From: a virus | Strand: one strand, 5' to 3' | Length of the DNA stretch: 45,680 nt | Virus record (IMG/VR): IMGVR_UViG_3300045988_094011 | Shown: positions 15,974 through 25,084 of the stretch, piece after piece | How positions within the stretch are numbered: the first letter of the stretch is position 1 | Layout: every line of letters begins with the position of its first letter | Made by a program: the position numbers and the translations under genes | The notes under the pieces: model-generated | What the model saw: only the letters and a program-made list of their open reading frames with translations | What the model was told of the DNA's origin: nothing | Database searches by the model: none

Positions 15974-16128
15974 TGTATGAGGTAGGACTTTTAAATAATA
16001 AAACTAAAAAAGAGTTTACAAAGGTATTTAACAGTGAGAAAACCCTTAAAAGGTTTTTGATAAAGGTGCAAAAAGGTAAAAGCTTAACAGTATTACATAT
16101 AATAAATAATAGTTATCTTTTTGACTAG
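15973..16128 (+). CDS. Possible 51-aa ORF
   Basis: The ATG overlaps the upstream TAA (TAATG). It reads MYEVGLLNNKTKKEFTKVFNSEKTLKRFLIKVQKGKSLTVLHIINNSYLFD. Confidence 0.4.
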   Translation: MYEVGLLNNKTKKEFTKVFNSEKTLKRFLIKVQKGKSLTVLHIINNSYLFD

Positions 16129-16143
16129 AAAGTGAGGTGCACT

Positions 16144-16335
16144 ATGAAACATTACTTGTATAGCAATGATTTATACACTATAGTTATTAACTTTAGTGAA
16201 GAAGTTGAACAAAAGACTTTTCAAGATTTAATTAAAAAATTAGAAAAGGAATATGGAAAAAACTTTTCAAAAGAGTGTTTAAAGGTAGAACTTGACACTT
16301 TAAATGTAAACTACACAATTTCTAATATACTTTAG
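16144..16335 (+). CDS. Hypothetical 63-aa protein
   Basis: A GTGAGGTG SD precedes the ATG at 16144 (MKHYLYSNDL..). Confidence 0.5.
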   Translation: MKHYLYSNDLYTIVINFSEEVEQKTFQDLIKKLEKEYGKNFSKECLKVELDTLNVNYTISNIL

Positions 16336-16336
16336 T

Positions 16337-16365
16337 TTGATTTATAGGAGAATTTGTGATATTAT
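16337..16365 (+). promoter_or_regulatory. Sigma-A-type promoter upstream of the AbrB-like/SNF2 genes
   Basis: TTGATT (16337-16342), a 17-nt spacer, then TATTAT (16360-16365) with an upstream TG. Confidence 0.55.
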
Positions 16366-16389
16366 GAAAAAGATAGGAGGTGTTTTTGA

Positions 16390-16719
16390 ATGAAAACTAT
16401 GGACAGTATGGGACGTTTAACTATACCAAAAGATATAAGAGAACGTCTAAATATGCAAGATGGGTGTGACTTTAACATTATTACAGATGGGGAAACTATC
16501 AAGTTAATACCAGCAATTAGAAAACATCAAATTGATGATGCTGATATGATAGCCTTAAGAAAATTATTTATAATGTTAAAGAGTACTGGTATTTTAGATA
16601 GTTATTATACAGAATTAATGGCTAAAATAACTAAACAAAGTGAGAACAAATGTTTCAAATGTGGAGAAAACTTATTCTTAGCCTCAGATGATACGTTTAA
16701 ATGCTATAATTGTGATTAG
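16390..16719 (+). CDS. AbrB/SpoVT-type DNA-binding protein with a C-terminal zinc ribbon
   Basis: The N-terminus MGRLTIPKDIRERLNMQDG.. is the swapped-hairpin AbrB/MazE pattern. The C-terminus carries CFKCG..x14..CYNC. Confidence 0.7.
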   Translation: MKTMDSMGRLTIPKDIRERLNMQDGCDFNIITDGETIKLIPAIRKHQIDDADMIALRKLFIMLKSTGILDSYYTELMAKITKQSENKCFKCGENLFLASDDTFKCYNCD

Positions 16720-16730
16720 GAGATGATAAT

Positions 16731-18074
16731 ATGATATATGATTTACTATACCCTTATCAAAAGAAAACAGTTGATGAGTTAAAAGATTTAGATAGTTGTG
16801 CATTGTTTTATGATGTAGGTTGTGGTAAATCTATAACATCATTAGCAATGTATGAACAAAAAGTTTTACAAAAAAAATGTAACAAGTTACTTATAGTTTG
16901 TTTATGTGCAAAGTTACAAGAGTGGAAAGAAGATTGCGAGAAGTGGTTTCCATTTAGTAAAACAATTATTCTTGATGGTAAAAAGAAAACCAAACAAATG
17001 TTTGATAGGGGAGAATATGACATTGCAATTATAAACTTTGAAAGAACTTGGAGAAACAATGATTTATTCATGTTAGATAAGAACTTCTATATTATCATAG
17101 ATGAGTCACATAGAATAAAAGAAAGTACAACAAAAGTAGGGAAGTTCATGAAACAACTTGGAATGCTAACTCCCTACAAATGTATTTTAACCGCTACCCC
17201 TATGGGGAATGGTTATATTGACCTTTATAATCAACTATACTTTTTAGGACTTATGGATATGAGTTTGGACTTATTTAAAGAAAAGTTTTGCTATGAGCAA
17301 CTTGTATTTTTCCCAGGTATGAAACCATTTAAAAAGATAGTGGGTTATAAAAATACTGATTATTTAGATTTACTTGTTAATAAATATGCTAGATATTATG
17401 AAAGAAAGATTGATGATAGCCTTGTTCCTAGTGAGATAGTAGTTCCATTTGAGCTTGATAAAAACTACAGTAGAATAGCACGAGAACGCGTATATGAGGA
17501 CATTGTACTTAACAAGGTAAGTTCTAAAAGAATAGGTTTAAAATCATTGTGTAGTGGTACTCTAATAGGTAAGGCTCTTTTAGGAAATGGAGAAGAGGCT
17601 AAAAGAGAATACCAACTTAATACTGATAAATTGGACTGGATTAAAACATTCCTAGAAGATTTTAAGGAAAGAGTTGTTATATTCTATATGTATGACCACC
17701 AAAGAGACCAACTCTATAACATGATAACAAAAATGAAGAGACCTTGTGCACGCTATTGCTCTGCTTTCAAGGAAGAAGATGTATTTAACAATAATGATAA
17801 TGCTGTTGTATTAGTACAATATAAAAGTGGTTCTACAGGTATTGACTGGTTAAAACAAGCATATGTTTCTATCTTCTATTGCTTGCCTGACTCATACATA
17901 GAATTCTACCAAGCAAAAGGGAGACTTAATCGTGTAGGACAAACTAAAAAACCTATATACTATTTACTTGTAACAAAGGGTAAACAAAGTGCAGATTATA
18001 TAAATTATTTAGCATTGAAGAGTAATCAAGATTTTAATGATGAGTGGTTTTCTCAAAATTTTGAAGAGGTGTAA
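16731..18074 (+). CDS. SNF2-family helicase/ATPase
   Basis: Walker A GCGKS, DExH box IIDESHRIK, and C-terminal helicase motifs STGIDW and FYQAKGRLNRVGQTK. Confidence 0.85.
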   Translation: MIYDLLYPYQKKTVDELKDLDSCALFYDVGCGKSITSLAMYEQKVLQKKCNKLLIVCLCAKLQEWKEDCEKWFPFSKTIILDGKKKTKQMFDRGEYDIAIINFERTWRNNDLFMLDKNFYIIIDESHRIKESTTKVGKFMKQLGMLTPYKCILTATPMGNGYIDLYNQLYFLGLMDMSLDLFKEKFCYEQLVFFPGMKPFKKIVGYKNTDYLDLLVNKYARYYERKIDDSLVPSEIVVPFELDKNYSRIARERVYEDIVLNKVSSKRIGLKSLCSGTLIGKALLGNGEEAKREYQLNTDKLDWIKTFLEDFKERVVIFYMYDHQRDQLYNMITKMKRPCARYCSAFKEEDVFNNNDNAVVLVQYKSGSTGIDWLKQAYVSIFYCLPDSYIEFYQAKGRLNRVGQTKKPIYYLLVTKGKQSADYINYLALKSNQDFNDEWFSQNFEEV

Positions 18075-18267
18075 TTATAACAAAACGTAAGTATTGCAAG
18101 GGGGTTAGAGTTGTAAATATTGCAGAATTAAGTAATTACAAAGGTTTTATCTATATTAATGATAAGATTTGGCACTATGGTTGGTGGAGTAATTTGCAAT
18201 ATAGTCAACTTGATAGATATATAAAAAGAAATATGGTATACTATGCCAACAAAATAGGAGGGTAAAA

Positions 18268-18489
18268 ATGGAGATTAAAAAAGAAAATGGTAAATATTAT
18301 GTCAATGGACTAGACTTGCAAGAAGTACTTTCTAATAGAAAACATATAATAAGTTATGTAAACAACCAAATAATTATTGTTAGAAGAATGCTAGCTGATA
18401 ACAAATATAATCAAAGTACAATAATAACTTTAAAAACAAGATTAAAAACTCTTGAAGATGTTAAAAAGGAATTAGATTTAAGAAAGTAG
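18268..18489 (+). CDS. Hypothetical 73-aa protein
   Basis: ORF with a TAGGAGGG SD. Confidence 0.55.
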   Translation: MEIKKENGKYYVNGLDLQEVLSNRKHIISYVNNQIIIVRRMLADNKYNQSTIITLKTRLKTLEDVKKELDLRK

Positions 18490-18499
18490 AGGTGTTGAT

Positions 18500-18754
18500 A
18501 TGACAATAAAAGAAAAACAAGCATGGAGAACTATATTGGCTGTTCTTCAAGAAACAGGCTATGACAGATTTTATGATGAAGAGGTTCATATTGTTGCAGA
18601 ATATTTGCGTAGATGTGAACAACAAGAAAGAGTAATTGATAAAGCAATAGAATATATAGAAAACAAAGTAATTTCTAGTGGAGAAGTCATAGACCAACTT
18701 AGAAAAGTAGAAGTTAAAGAATTACTAGGTATATTAAAAGAGGTGTCAGAATGA
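18500..18754 (+). CDS. LKEVSE-tail paralog A (84 aa)
   Basis: Ends ..LGILKEVSE and shares the motif ..EQQERVIDKAIEYI.. with paralogs B and C. Its stop overlaps the next ATG (ATGA). Confidence 0.65.
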   Translation: MTIKEKQAWRTILAVLQETGYDRFYDEEVHIVAEYLRRCEQQERVIDKAIEYIENKVISSGEVIDQLRKVEVKELLGILKEVSE

Positions 18755-19035
18755 ATTACAGAGAAAAAATAAGAAAAGCAATAGAATGCCCTCAATTTGG
18801 AGATAAATATTATGGAGAATGGGGAGCATTGAATTTAGAACAAAGAACCCTTATAAAAAGGTTGTTAAATGAACTAGATAATGCAGATAATTTCAATAAG
18901 ACAATATATTTAGAAAATGAACAACTAAAAGCATCAATAAATAAAGCAATAGATAAACTTTATACATGGGGAGAAGTATTAGACCCTATCTTTCAAAAGG
19001 AAATGCTAGATATATTAGAGGAGATGTTAAAATGA
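18751..19035 (+). CDS. Hypothetical 94-aa coiled-coil protein (distant member of the same family)
   Basis: The start overlaps the upstream stop. Contains LKASINKAIDKLY and ends ..LDILEEMLK. Confidence 0.55.
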   Translation: MNYREKIRKAIECPQFGDKYYGEWGALNLEQRTLIKRLLNELDNADNFNKTIYLENEQLKASINKAIDKLYTWGEVLDPIFQKEMLDILEEMLK

Positions 19036-19358
19036 AAATAAAACAAAATCATTTATTGAAAATATGCCTACATTTAGAATACTATAAGGAAGATATAACA
19101 GACAGGTATGGTGTTATGTTAACTGATTTTGCAGTAGATAACGATGTTTTAGATAATTTAACTAAAAAGTTGTATGTTACTACTCTTGACAAACAGATTA
19201 AAATGGAGCAAGAAAACAAACAATTAAAAGATAATTGGAATAAATTAAAAGAACTTCTTGTTGAAAAGCAAAAACAAGGCTTAAGTGTTATTTCCACTGA
19301 TTATGTACTCTATAGCATGACAGAAATAGAAAGAGGTGTAAGTGATGATAATAATTAA
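19032..19358 (+). CDS. Hypothetical 108-aa coiled-coil protein
   Basis: The ATG at 19032 overlaps the upstream stop (ATGA) behind a GAGGAG SD. The listed longer start lies inside the upstream gene. Confidence 0.55.
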   Translation: MKIKQNHLLKICLHLEYYKEDITDRYGVMLTDFAVDNDVLDNLTKKLYVTTLDKQIKMEQENKQLKDNWNKLKELLVEKQKQGLSVISTDYVLYSMTEIERGVSDDNN

Positions 19359-19497
19359 AATAATAGGCTTATTAGCATTACTATCTTGTATAAAATATAT
19401 TTATGATAGATTTAACAACAAAAAAGAAGATATAGGGATTGATAATACAATAATTATGTTAGGAATAGTCTTGATTATGGAGCTTATATTTTTATAG
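19345..19497 (+). CDS. Possible 50-aa membrane peptide
   Basis: An AGAGGTG SD precedes the start. It reads MIIIKIIGLLALLSCIKYIYDRFNNKKEDIGIDNTIIMLGIVLIMELIFL, with two hydrophobic segments. Confidence 0.4.
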   Translation: MIIIKIIGLLALLSCIKYIYDRFNNKKEDIGIDNTIIMLGIVLIMELIFL

Positions 19498-19511
19498 AAA
19501 GAGGTATCAGA

Positions 19512-19727
19512 ATGAAAAATGAAATATTAGAAATAACAAAATATATGTTTTTAGAACAACAAGTCAAAAAGCAACAAGAAGTAATAAATAAAGTGATAAA
19601 TTACATAAACAGAGAAAAAACTAAATGTTATGTGGATTGTGGCGAGTATGGAGCACATGAAGACATATATTTAGATGAAATCGAAATAGATACTTTGTTA
19701 AAAATATTAAAAGAGGTGTCAGAATGA
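19512..19727 (+). CDS. LKEVSE-tail paralog B (71 aa)
   Basis: Contains LEQQVKKQQEVINKVINYI and ends LKILKEVSE. It shares a 24-nt identical DNA stretch (19551-19574) with paralog C (22222-22245). Confidence 0.65.
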   Translation: MKNEILEITKYMFLEQQVKKQQEVINKVINYINREKTKCYVDCGEYGAHEDIYLDEIEIDTLLKILKEVSE

Positions 19728-19882
19728 AAATATATTTACTTTTATACAAAGATGGATATCCCAATTACAGTGTTCAAAAAGTAGAAGCTTTTTGGGAATT
19801 GATATATAAATATGAACCAATTTGCATAATTGAAATAACGAAGGATATGTTGAAAAAAATAAAAGAGGTGTCAGATGAATAA
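19724..19882 (+). CDS. Possible 52-aa ORF with a related tail (..KIKEVSDE)
   Basis: ATGA overlap with the upstream stop. It reads MKIYLLLYKDGYPNYSVQKVEAFWELIYKYEPICIIEITKDMLKKIKEVSDE. Confidence 0.45.
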   Translation: MKIYLLLYKDGYPNYSVQKVEAFWELIYKYEPICIIEITKDMLKKIKEVSDE

Positions 19883-20027
19883 GAAGAAATATGATAAGAA
19901 AATACAAAAATATCATAATAAAGCTAAAGAAGTACTTCCTTATAATCTAGCTATGTTCTCTTATTATGAATTAAAAGCAATTTTTTATGAGATGTTAAAG
20001 GAGATTGATAGTAATGAAGATAACTAA
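19875..20027 (+). CDS. Possible 50-aa basic ORF
   Basis: The ATG at 19875 follows the AGAGGTG cassette. It reads MNKKKYDKKIQKYHNKAKEVLPYNLAMFSYYELKAIFYEMLKEIDSNEDN. Confidence 0.4.
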   Translation: MNKKKYDKKIQKYHNKAKEVLPYNLAMFSYYELKAIFYEMLKEIDSNEDN

Positions 20028-20271
20028 AACAATTTGTGATGTTTGTAATGAAGAAACAAGCAATGAAAAAATTGATATACAAGTAATCTTTACTACTGAA
20101 CAAAATGAAGGTAGATGTTGTAAACCTTATTTATGCAATGAAAAATTAAATTTATGTAATAAATGCCTTAACAATGCTCTCTATAATGGCAATTACATAT
20201 ATGCCAAAGGTGCTATGGGACAAAATACTTATTTTTTTCAGAAAAATAGAAAGTCGGGAAAGCAATGTTAA
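20014..20271 (+). CDS. Small zinc-ribbon protein (85 aa)
   Basis: An AAGGAG SD precedes the ATG at 20014. Carries CDVC..x~35..CNKC. Confidence 0.55.
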   Translation: MKITKTICDVCNEETSNEKIDIQVIFTTEQNEGRCCKPYLCNEKLNLCNKCLNNALYNGNYIYAKGAMGQNTYFFQKNRKSGKQC

Positions 20272-20519
20272 AGATTAAAGATATAGATATTTTTACATTA
20301 CATATTGAAGATTGTTATCTATGTTGGGATGTGAAATTAAAAGATAATATTACATATCAAATAAAATATAGAATTGAAAAACATATAACACCATCAGGAA
20401 ACAAAAGTAAAAGAAAAATATATTTTATAGAAAAAGATGAAAAAAAATTAATCTTTGATGATGAGGTTAAGAAAATGTTTAATGCATTTAAAAGACCTTA
20501 TATAGTAAACGGAATTTAG
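20265..20519 (+). CDS. Hypothetical 84-aa protein
   Basis: ORF overlapping the upstream gene end. Confidence 0.5.
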   Translation: MLKIKDIDIFTLHIEDCYLCWDVKLKDNITYQIKYRIEKHITPSGNKSKRKIYFIEKDEKKLIFDDEVKKMFNAFKRPYIVNGI

Positions 20520-20540
20520 AAAGTAGAGAGTGATGAGTAA

Positions 20541-20804
20541 ATGTATGATAAATGTAGTGATTGTGAATACACAAATTATGATAATTTTGTTCAAAAAGTA
20601 GAAACTCAACAAAAAGAGTTTATAAAATATTTAGAAGATGGAATAAAGCAATATACTCCAAGTTTAAGATGGAAACATTATAACGAAGATGGTTTTAATG
20701 ATTATGATGTAGAAAATCCTAGCTGTATTGAAGTACAACCAACCGACAAAATTTTTAAAGAAATTTTACAAAAATACAAAGAAATAATAGGAGATGATAA
20801 ATAA
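20541..20804 (+). CDS. Hypothetical 87-aa protein
   Basis: ORF with an SD-like GAGAGTGATGAG upstream. Confidence 0.5.
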   Translation: MYDKCSDCEYTNYDNFVQKVETQQKEFIKYLEDGIKQYTPSLRWKHYNEDGFNDYDVENPSCIEVQPTDKIFKEILQKYKEIIGDDK

Positions 20805-21061
20805 TGATATTATGGATTAGAACTCAAGATAGAGAAGATTTAAGACCTCAACCATCTTTGAGTATAGAAAAAGTAGAACACAGTGTTACAGGAAAGATGT
20901 GGTACATAGTTAACAATATTAATTTAGATGAAGCTCAAACTTTGGGAACTTATAGAACAAAAAATAGAGCATTAGAAATACTGGATGAGATACAAAATTT
21001 ATTGGAAAATGCTTATACTGGAACTTCAAATATAATTGTATACAAAATGCCAAAGGAGTAG
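20804..21061 (+). CDS. Hypothetical 85-aa protein
   Basis: The start overlaps the upstream stop (TAATG). Confidence 0.5.
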   Translation: MILWIRTQDREDLRPQPSLSIEKVEHSVTGKMWYIVNNINLDEAQTLGTYRTKNRALEILDEIQNLLENAYTGTSNIIVYKMPKE

Positions 21062-21065
21062 AAAA

Positions 21066-21194
21066 ATGAAAATAAAAGATTTTGAAGAATTAAAGAAAAA
21101 ACATTCAAGTTTAAAAATTAAATGCTTGCATGCAAATGGAATTATAAAATTAACTGATAAGCAATTAGATAGTTTAATAGAAAAGAGGAAATAA
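21066..21194 (+). CDS. Possible 42-aa ORF
   Basis: Reads MKIKDFEELKKKHSSLKIKCLHANGIIKLTDKQLDSLIEKRK and fills the gap between the flanking genes. Confidence 0.35.
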   Translation: MKIKDFEELKKKHSSLKIKCLHANGIIKLTDKQLDSLIEKRK

Positions 21195-21195
21195 T

Positions 21196-21489
21196 ATGAT
21201 AAAATGCTGTAATTGTGATAATATTTTTGATGAAAATGCCCTTGTTATTAAAGATATTTGGGTTGAAGCAGAACTTGGAGTATCTGATGATTTTGATTCA
21301 TCTACACATTTTTGTAGACCATGTTGTCCTCATTGTAAAAGTACAACCTTAACACCTTTGCAACAATGTGCTTGCTGTGGAGAATGGTTTGAAAAATTAA
21401 ACGATACAGAAGGCTTAATAAATGGAAACATAGGGTATGTGTGTGACCAGTGTTTTAAAGACAGTGAATGCTATGGAGAGGATGTATAA
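21196..21489 (+). CDS. Cys-rich (multi-CxxC) 97-aa protein
   Basis: Carries CCNC, CRPCCPHC, CACC and CDQC motifs, suggesting two or three zinc sites. Confidence 0.55.
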   Translation: MIKCCNCDNIFDENALVIKDIWVEAELGVSDDFDSSTHFCRPCCPHCKSTTLTPLQQCACCGEWFEKLNDTEGLINGNIGYVCDQCFKDSECYGEDV

Positions 21490-21492
21490 TTT

Positions 21493-21735
21493 ATGAGATT
21501 AACTGATAATCTAAAAAGAGCAATAGATGAACTTCAGACAAGAACAGTACCTTGTTATGAAAGTGATTATATTTTATTAATATTTGATAATAAAACAGTT
21601 TTAAATAAATATAAAATAAAACACAAGTATAGAGCTCCCAACAAAATTTTAATAACTTTAGAAGATTTAAAAAATTTAGCAGGATTGAAATTCAAAAGAT
21701 TTCATTTTGTAACAGATGATGAGGTTTATGAATGA
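21493..21735 (+). CDS. Hypothetical 80-aa protein
   Basis: ORF with a GGAGAGG SD. Confidence 0.5.
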   Translation: MRLTDNLKRAIDELQTRTVPCYESDYILLIFDNKTVLNKYKIKHKYRAPNKILITLEDLKNLAGLKFKRFHFVTDDEVYE

Positions 21736-21869
21736 GCACAAGAAGAGAAAAAGAAATAAAATATTTAATGTATCTAAAAGAAAAATTGATTAGAGAAACT
21801 AAAAAAGAAGTTAAACAATTAAGGTTAGAATATAAACAAATTAATAATAAAAAGAAAAAGGAGAAATGA
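21732..21869 (+). CDS. Possible 45-aa basic ORF
   Basis: ATGA overlap with the upstream stop. It reads MSTRREKEIKYLMYLKEKLIRETKKEVKQLRLEYKQINNKKKKEK. Confidence 0.35.
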   Translation: MSTRREKEIKYLMYLKEKLIRETKKEVKQLRLEYKQINNKKKKEK

Positions 21870-21871
21870 TT

Positions 21872-22114
21872 ATGGATTATCCTTATAAAAAAGGTTGGTG
21901 GGAAACTAAAGACCATAGAAAAATAAAAATAAGTGATATGAAAACTTCACATATTGAAAATACAATTAAATATTTACAAAGACATAGTGATTTTTATGAT
22001 GAGTCTTATGGTAATTTTTGGTTTGAATATGCTGAATACAAAGATAACTCATATTTAGTTGATAAAAAAATAGAAGAGTTGCAGTATGAATTAGATATAA
22101 GAAAGGAGAAATAA
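21872..22114 (+). CDS. Hypothetical 80-aa protein
   Basis: AAGGAG lies 9 nt upstream of the ATG at 21872 (MDYPYKKGWWETKD..). Confidence 0.5.
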   Translation: MDYPYKKGWWETKDHRKIKISDMKTSHIENTIKYLQRHSDFYDESYGNFWFEYAEYKDNSYLVDKKIEELQYELDIRKEK

Positions 22115-22116
22115 TT

Positions 22117-22404
22117 ATGAATAAAGCACCAGAAGTATTAACAAGAATGAGATTATCTTGCTGTTGGGGAGATAGCCTCGATGAAAAAGAATTAAACGAA
22201 GTTGTGGATTACATAAATAATTTAGAACAACAAGTCAAAAAGCAAAAAGAAGTGATTGATAAAGCAGTGAGTATTTTAAAAGATAATTTTGTTTATGATT
22301 ATGTAAGAAGCTGTGATACAACAGATGGAGTTAATTATGAAGAAATAGATACAGAACATTTTACTTATAAAGTATATGAATTATTGAAAGAGGTGTCAGA
22401 ATGA
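22117..22404 (+). CDS. LKEVSE-tail paralog C (95 aa)
   Basis: Contains LEQQVKKQKEVIDKAVSIL and ends ELLKEVSE, with an ATGA overlap to the next gene. Confidence 0.65.
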   Translation: MNKAPEVLTRMRLSCCWGDSLDEKELNEVVDYINNLEQQVKKQKEVIDKAVSILKDNFVYDYVRSCDTTDGVNYEEIDTEHFTYKVYELLKEVSE

Positions 22405-22610
22405 ACTTAAAAGAATTGAAAAAATACTTAGTAATATTTGTAGCACTTATATATGTAACTTTCATAGGTTTTGCTGCAGGATATGTGATGGACAAAGGAG
22501 ATATAAAGAATGAATTAGATAGACAAACTGTAATAAATACACAATTGCAGTTAGAATATAGTGACTTAAAAAGTGCTTATGATTATTTAGAATTGAGTTG
22601 TAAAAATTAA
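22401..22610 (+). CDS. 69-aa single-pass membrane protein
   Basis: Has a TM segment LVIFVALIYVTFIGFAAGYV followed by a coiled tail. Confidence 0.5.
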   Translation: MNLKELKKYLVIFVALIYVTFIGFAAGYVMDKGDIKNELDRQTVINTQLQLEYSDLKSAYDYLELSCKN

Positions 22611-22647
22611 AGAATTGTGTTAATATTAAGATACTAGGAGGTGGTTT

Positions 22648-23346
22648 ATGAACGAATACAGAGATATTGCAAATAGCTTTTTTAGTGTCACTTGTGATTT
22701 AATAACATTTAATTCACGAGAAGAATGGTTAAAGTTAAGACAGCAAGGTATAGGTGGTTCTGATGTAAGTTGCATCATGGGACACAATAATTGGAGAACT
22801 AGAAAAGATATATTTCACAGTAAACAAGTGCTAGAACCTGAAGTATCTAATGATGCTATAGATTTTGGAAATCATTTTGAAAACTTGATATTTCAATCAT
22901 TCTCATATAAATACAGGAATGTATATGCAACCTTAGATTACAAAAACACTATGTTTAGAAATATTTTTATTCCTTACTTTCAAGCATCTTTAGATGGTGT
23001 GCTTGTAGAAAAAGCAACTAATAAAGTTGGTATCTTAGAAATAAAAACAGCACAAAATAAAAAATCAAAATGGTACTATGAAGATGGTTCAAAGGGAGTA
23101 CCACAGGAATATATCGACCAGGCTATACATTACTTTAATACAACTAATGCAGAGTTTGTTGTATTTTACACACTTATTAACTATGACAGAGATGACATTG
23201 ATAGAGATATGGAATTTCTAAAACCTAGAAGAATAAATAGGGAAGATGTGAAAGATTATATGAAAGAAGTTGAACAGGAATGTATAGACTTCTGGGAAAA
23301 TTACGTTAAAAAAGGTGAAGTTCCTAAAAATAGAATAGTATTTTAA
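22648..23346 (+). CDS. YqaJ-type (lambda-exonuclease-like, PD-(D/E)xK) recombination exonuclease
   Basis: Motif GIGGSDVSCIMG near the N-terminus, then SLDGVL...ILEIKT (D..ExK). Confidence 0.8.
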   Translation: MNEYRDIANSFFSVTCDLITFNSREEWLKLRQQGIGGSDVSCIMGHNNWRTRKDIFHSKQVLEPEVSNDAIDFGNHFENLIFQSFSYKYRNVYATLDYKNTMFRNIFIPYFQASLDGVLVEKATNKVGILEIKTAQNKKSKWYYEDGSKGVPQEYIDQAIHYFNTTNAEFVVFYTLINYDRDDIDRDMEFLKPRRINREDVKDYMKEVEQECIDFWENYVKKGEVPKNRIVF

Positions 23347-23365
23347 TAGAAAAGGAGATGTAAAT

Positions 23366-24250
23366 ATGAATGAATTAGTAAAACCTACACTACAAGTTGA
23401 TTTAGATGTAGAAATACCTAAAGTGGAACCTATTAAACATAATTTAAATGTTATTGAAGATTATGCTTTACAACTTAAAAATTTCTATGCAGCACTTGTG
23501 TTTGATGATACACAATATAAACAAGCCAAAGATGAGAGAGCAAAGGTTAATGGTCTTATAAAGAAAATCGCTGATAATCGTAAAGACCTTATTAAGCAAT
23601 ATAATGAACCTATTTCTGACTTTGAGCAAACCTCTAAAAGAATAGAGAAATTATTAGGAGAATCATCGTCATTAATAGATGAATCTGTTAAAAAGTTTGA
23701 GTTTAAACAACAAGAAATCAAAAGAGAACATATTAATGAACTCATTGAAAAAGAAAGAGAAGAATTTATTGCTAGTTATTCACAATATGAAAAAATACTT
23801 AAGGTTTTTGATATTGAGTTTGACAACAGATGGTTTAATAAGACATTTAAAGATAGTGATATAGTTACAGCTATAAAAGAACAGTTTCTTACATATATAA
23901 AAGAATTAGACGTATATAAGAAAGATGCTGAAACAATATCAAATTATTTCAATGCTTTAGATGTGAATCATGTTTTAAATAAAGATGTTTACATAGAAAG
24001 ATATAAATACACAAGAGATGTTAATGGTATCTTGGAAAGTATTAAGAATGATTTAGATGCTAAAAATAAAGAAGCATCTGTAAAAAAGGAAACAGTTCAG
24101 ATTGACCCTTTTGCAGGATTATCTATAAGCACACCTGAAGTAAAAAAGGTTAGTGTTAAATTAGAAGTCCCTGAGGACAAGATGAATTTGTTAATAGATT
24201 TTGCAAAAGTAAATAATATGAAGATGGAGGTTATGAAAGATGGAGAATAA
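23366..24250 (+). CDS. Coiled-coil protein associated with the recombination module (function unknown)
   Basis: 294 aa, K/E-rich, located between the exonuclease and the ERF-like annealase. Confidence 0.5.
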   Translation: MNELVKPTLQVDLDVEIPKVEPIKHNLNVIEDYALQLKNFYAALVFDDTQYKQAKDERAKVNGLIKKIADNRKDLIKQYNEPISDFEQTSKRIEKLLGESSSLIDESVKKFEFKQQEIKREHINELIEKEREEFIASYSQYEKILKVFDIEFDNRWFNKTFKDSDIVTAIKEQFLTYIKELDVYKKDAETISNYFNALDVNHVLNKDVYIERYKYTRDVNGILESIKNDLDAKNKEASVKKETVQIDPFAGLSISTPEVKKVSVKLEVPEDKMNLLIDFAKVNNMKMEVMKDGE

Positions 24251-25082
24251 TATTTATGCAAAACTTAATAGTGTAAGACTTGAATTAAGCAAGGACTTAA
24301 ACAAAAGTGGAAAGAATAGTTATAGCAAATATGACTACTTCCAATTAAAAGACTTTATGCCAAAGGCTATTGAAGAGTGTAACAAACAAGGTCTTTTTAC
24401 AAAATTCTGGATTGATAAAGAAGCACAAGAACTTCCAAGTAAAAAGGTTACACAATATACATACAATGAAGCAGGTGAACCAACAGGAGAAGTTGTTACA
24501 GAAGAACACAATTTTCAATATGTAGAATATGCTTACTTATTAGTTGTTGCTGTAGAAGATGGTACAGATATGTTATTCAAAAAAGAAACTAGAGAAGTAA
24601 ATCTACAAGCATCACAACCTATTCAAAACTTAGGTGGAAAAAATACTTATATGAAAAGATATATGTATATGGATGTTTTTGAAATCAATGAAAATGATAA
24701 AGTAGAAGAACAAACAGGAGCCCCTGTAAAAGTTGAAGTAAAGGAAGTAAAAGCAGCTAAAAAACCTGCAGTTAAACCAGTAAAAACAGTTGTACCAGAA
24801 GTACCAGTTAGTACTGTGGAAATTCCTGTAGCACCTAGTGTTGCACCACAATTACCACAAAGTGATACAGAAGTAAAAGAAGAACAAGCTACTGTAAATA
24901 CAGAAGAGTTAATGTCTATGGAAACAAAAATAGAGTTAGCTAATGTTATAAAAGAAAATGGGTTAGACCCTAGAACAGAAATTGTAGAAATTGCTAAAGA
25001 ATTGGGAACAGATGTACCATTCTTAAAAGAATCAGATAAACCAAAAATATTAGAAATTATAAAAAGAAAGGCTGGTAAATAA
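24240..25082 (+). CDS. ERF-family single-strand annealing protein
   Basis: The N-terminus IYAKLNSVRLELSKDLNKSGKNSYSKYDYFQLKDFMP fits the ERF pattern. There is a low-complexity P/V/K linker. It lies between the exonuclease and SSB. Confidence 0.65.
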   Translation: MENNIYAKLNSVRLELSKDLNKSGKNSYSKYDYFQLKDFMPKAIEECNKQGLFTKFWIDKEAQELPSKKVTQYTYNEAGEPTGEVVTEEHNFQYVEYAYLLVVAVEDGTDMLFKKETREVNLQASQPIQNLGGKNTYMKRYMYMDVFEINENDKVEEQTGAPVKVEVKEVKAAKKPAVKPVKTVVPEVPVSTVEIPVAPSVAPQLPQSDTEVKEEQATVNTEELMSMETKIELANVIKENGLDPRTEIVEIAKELGTDVPFLKESDKPKILEIIKRKAGK

Positions 25083-25084
25083 TT

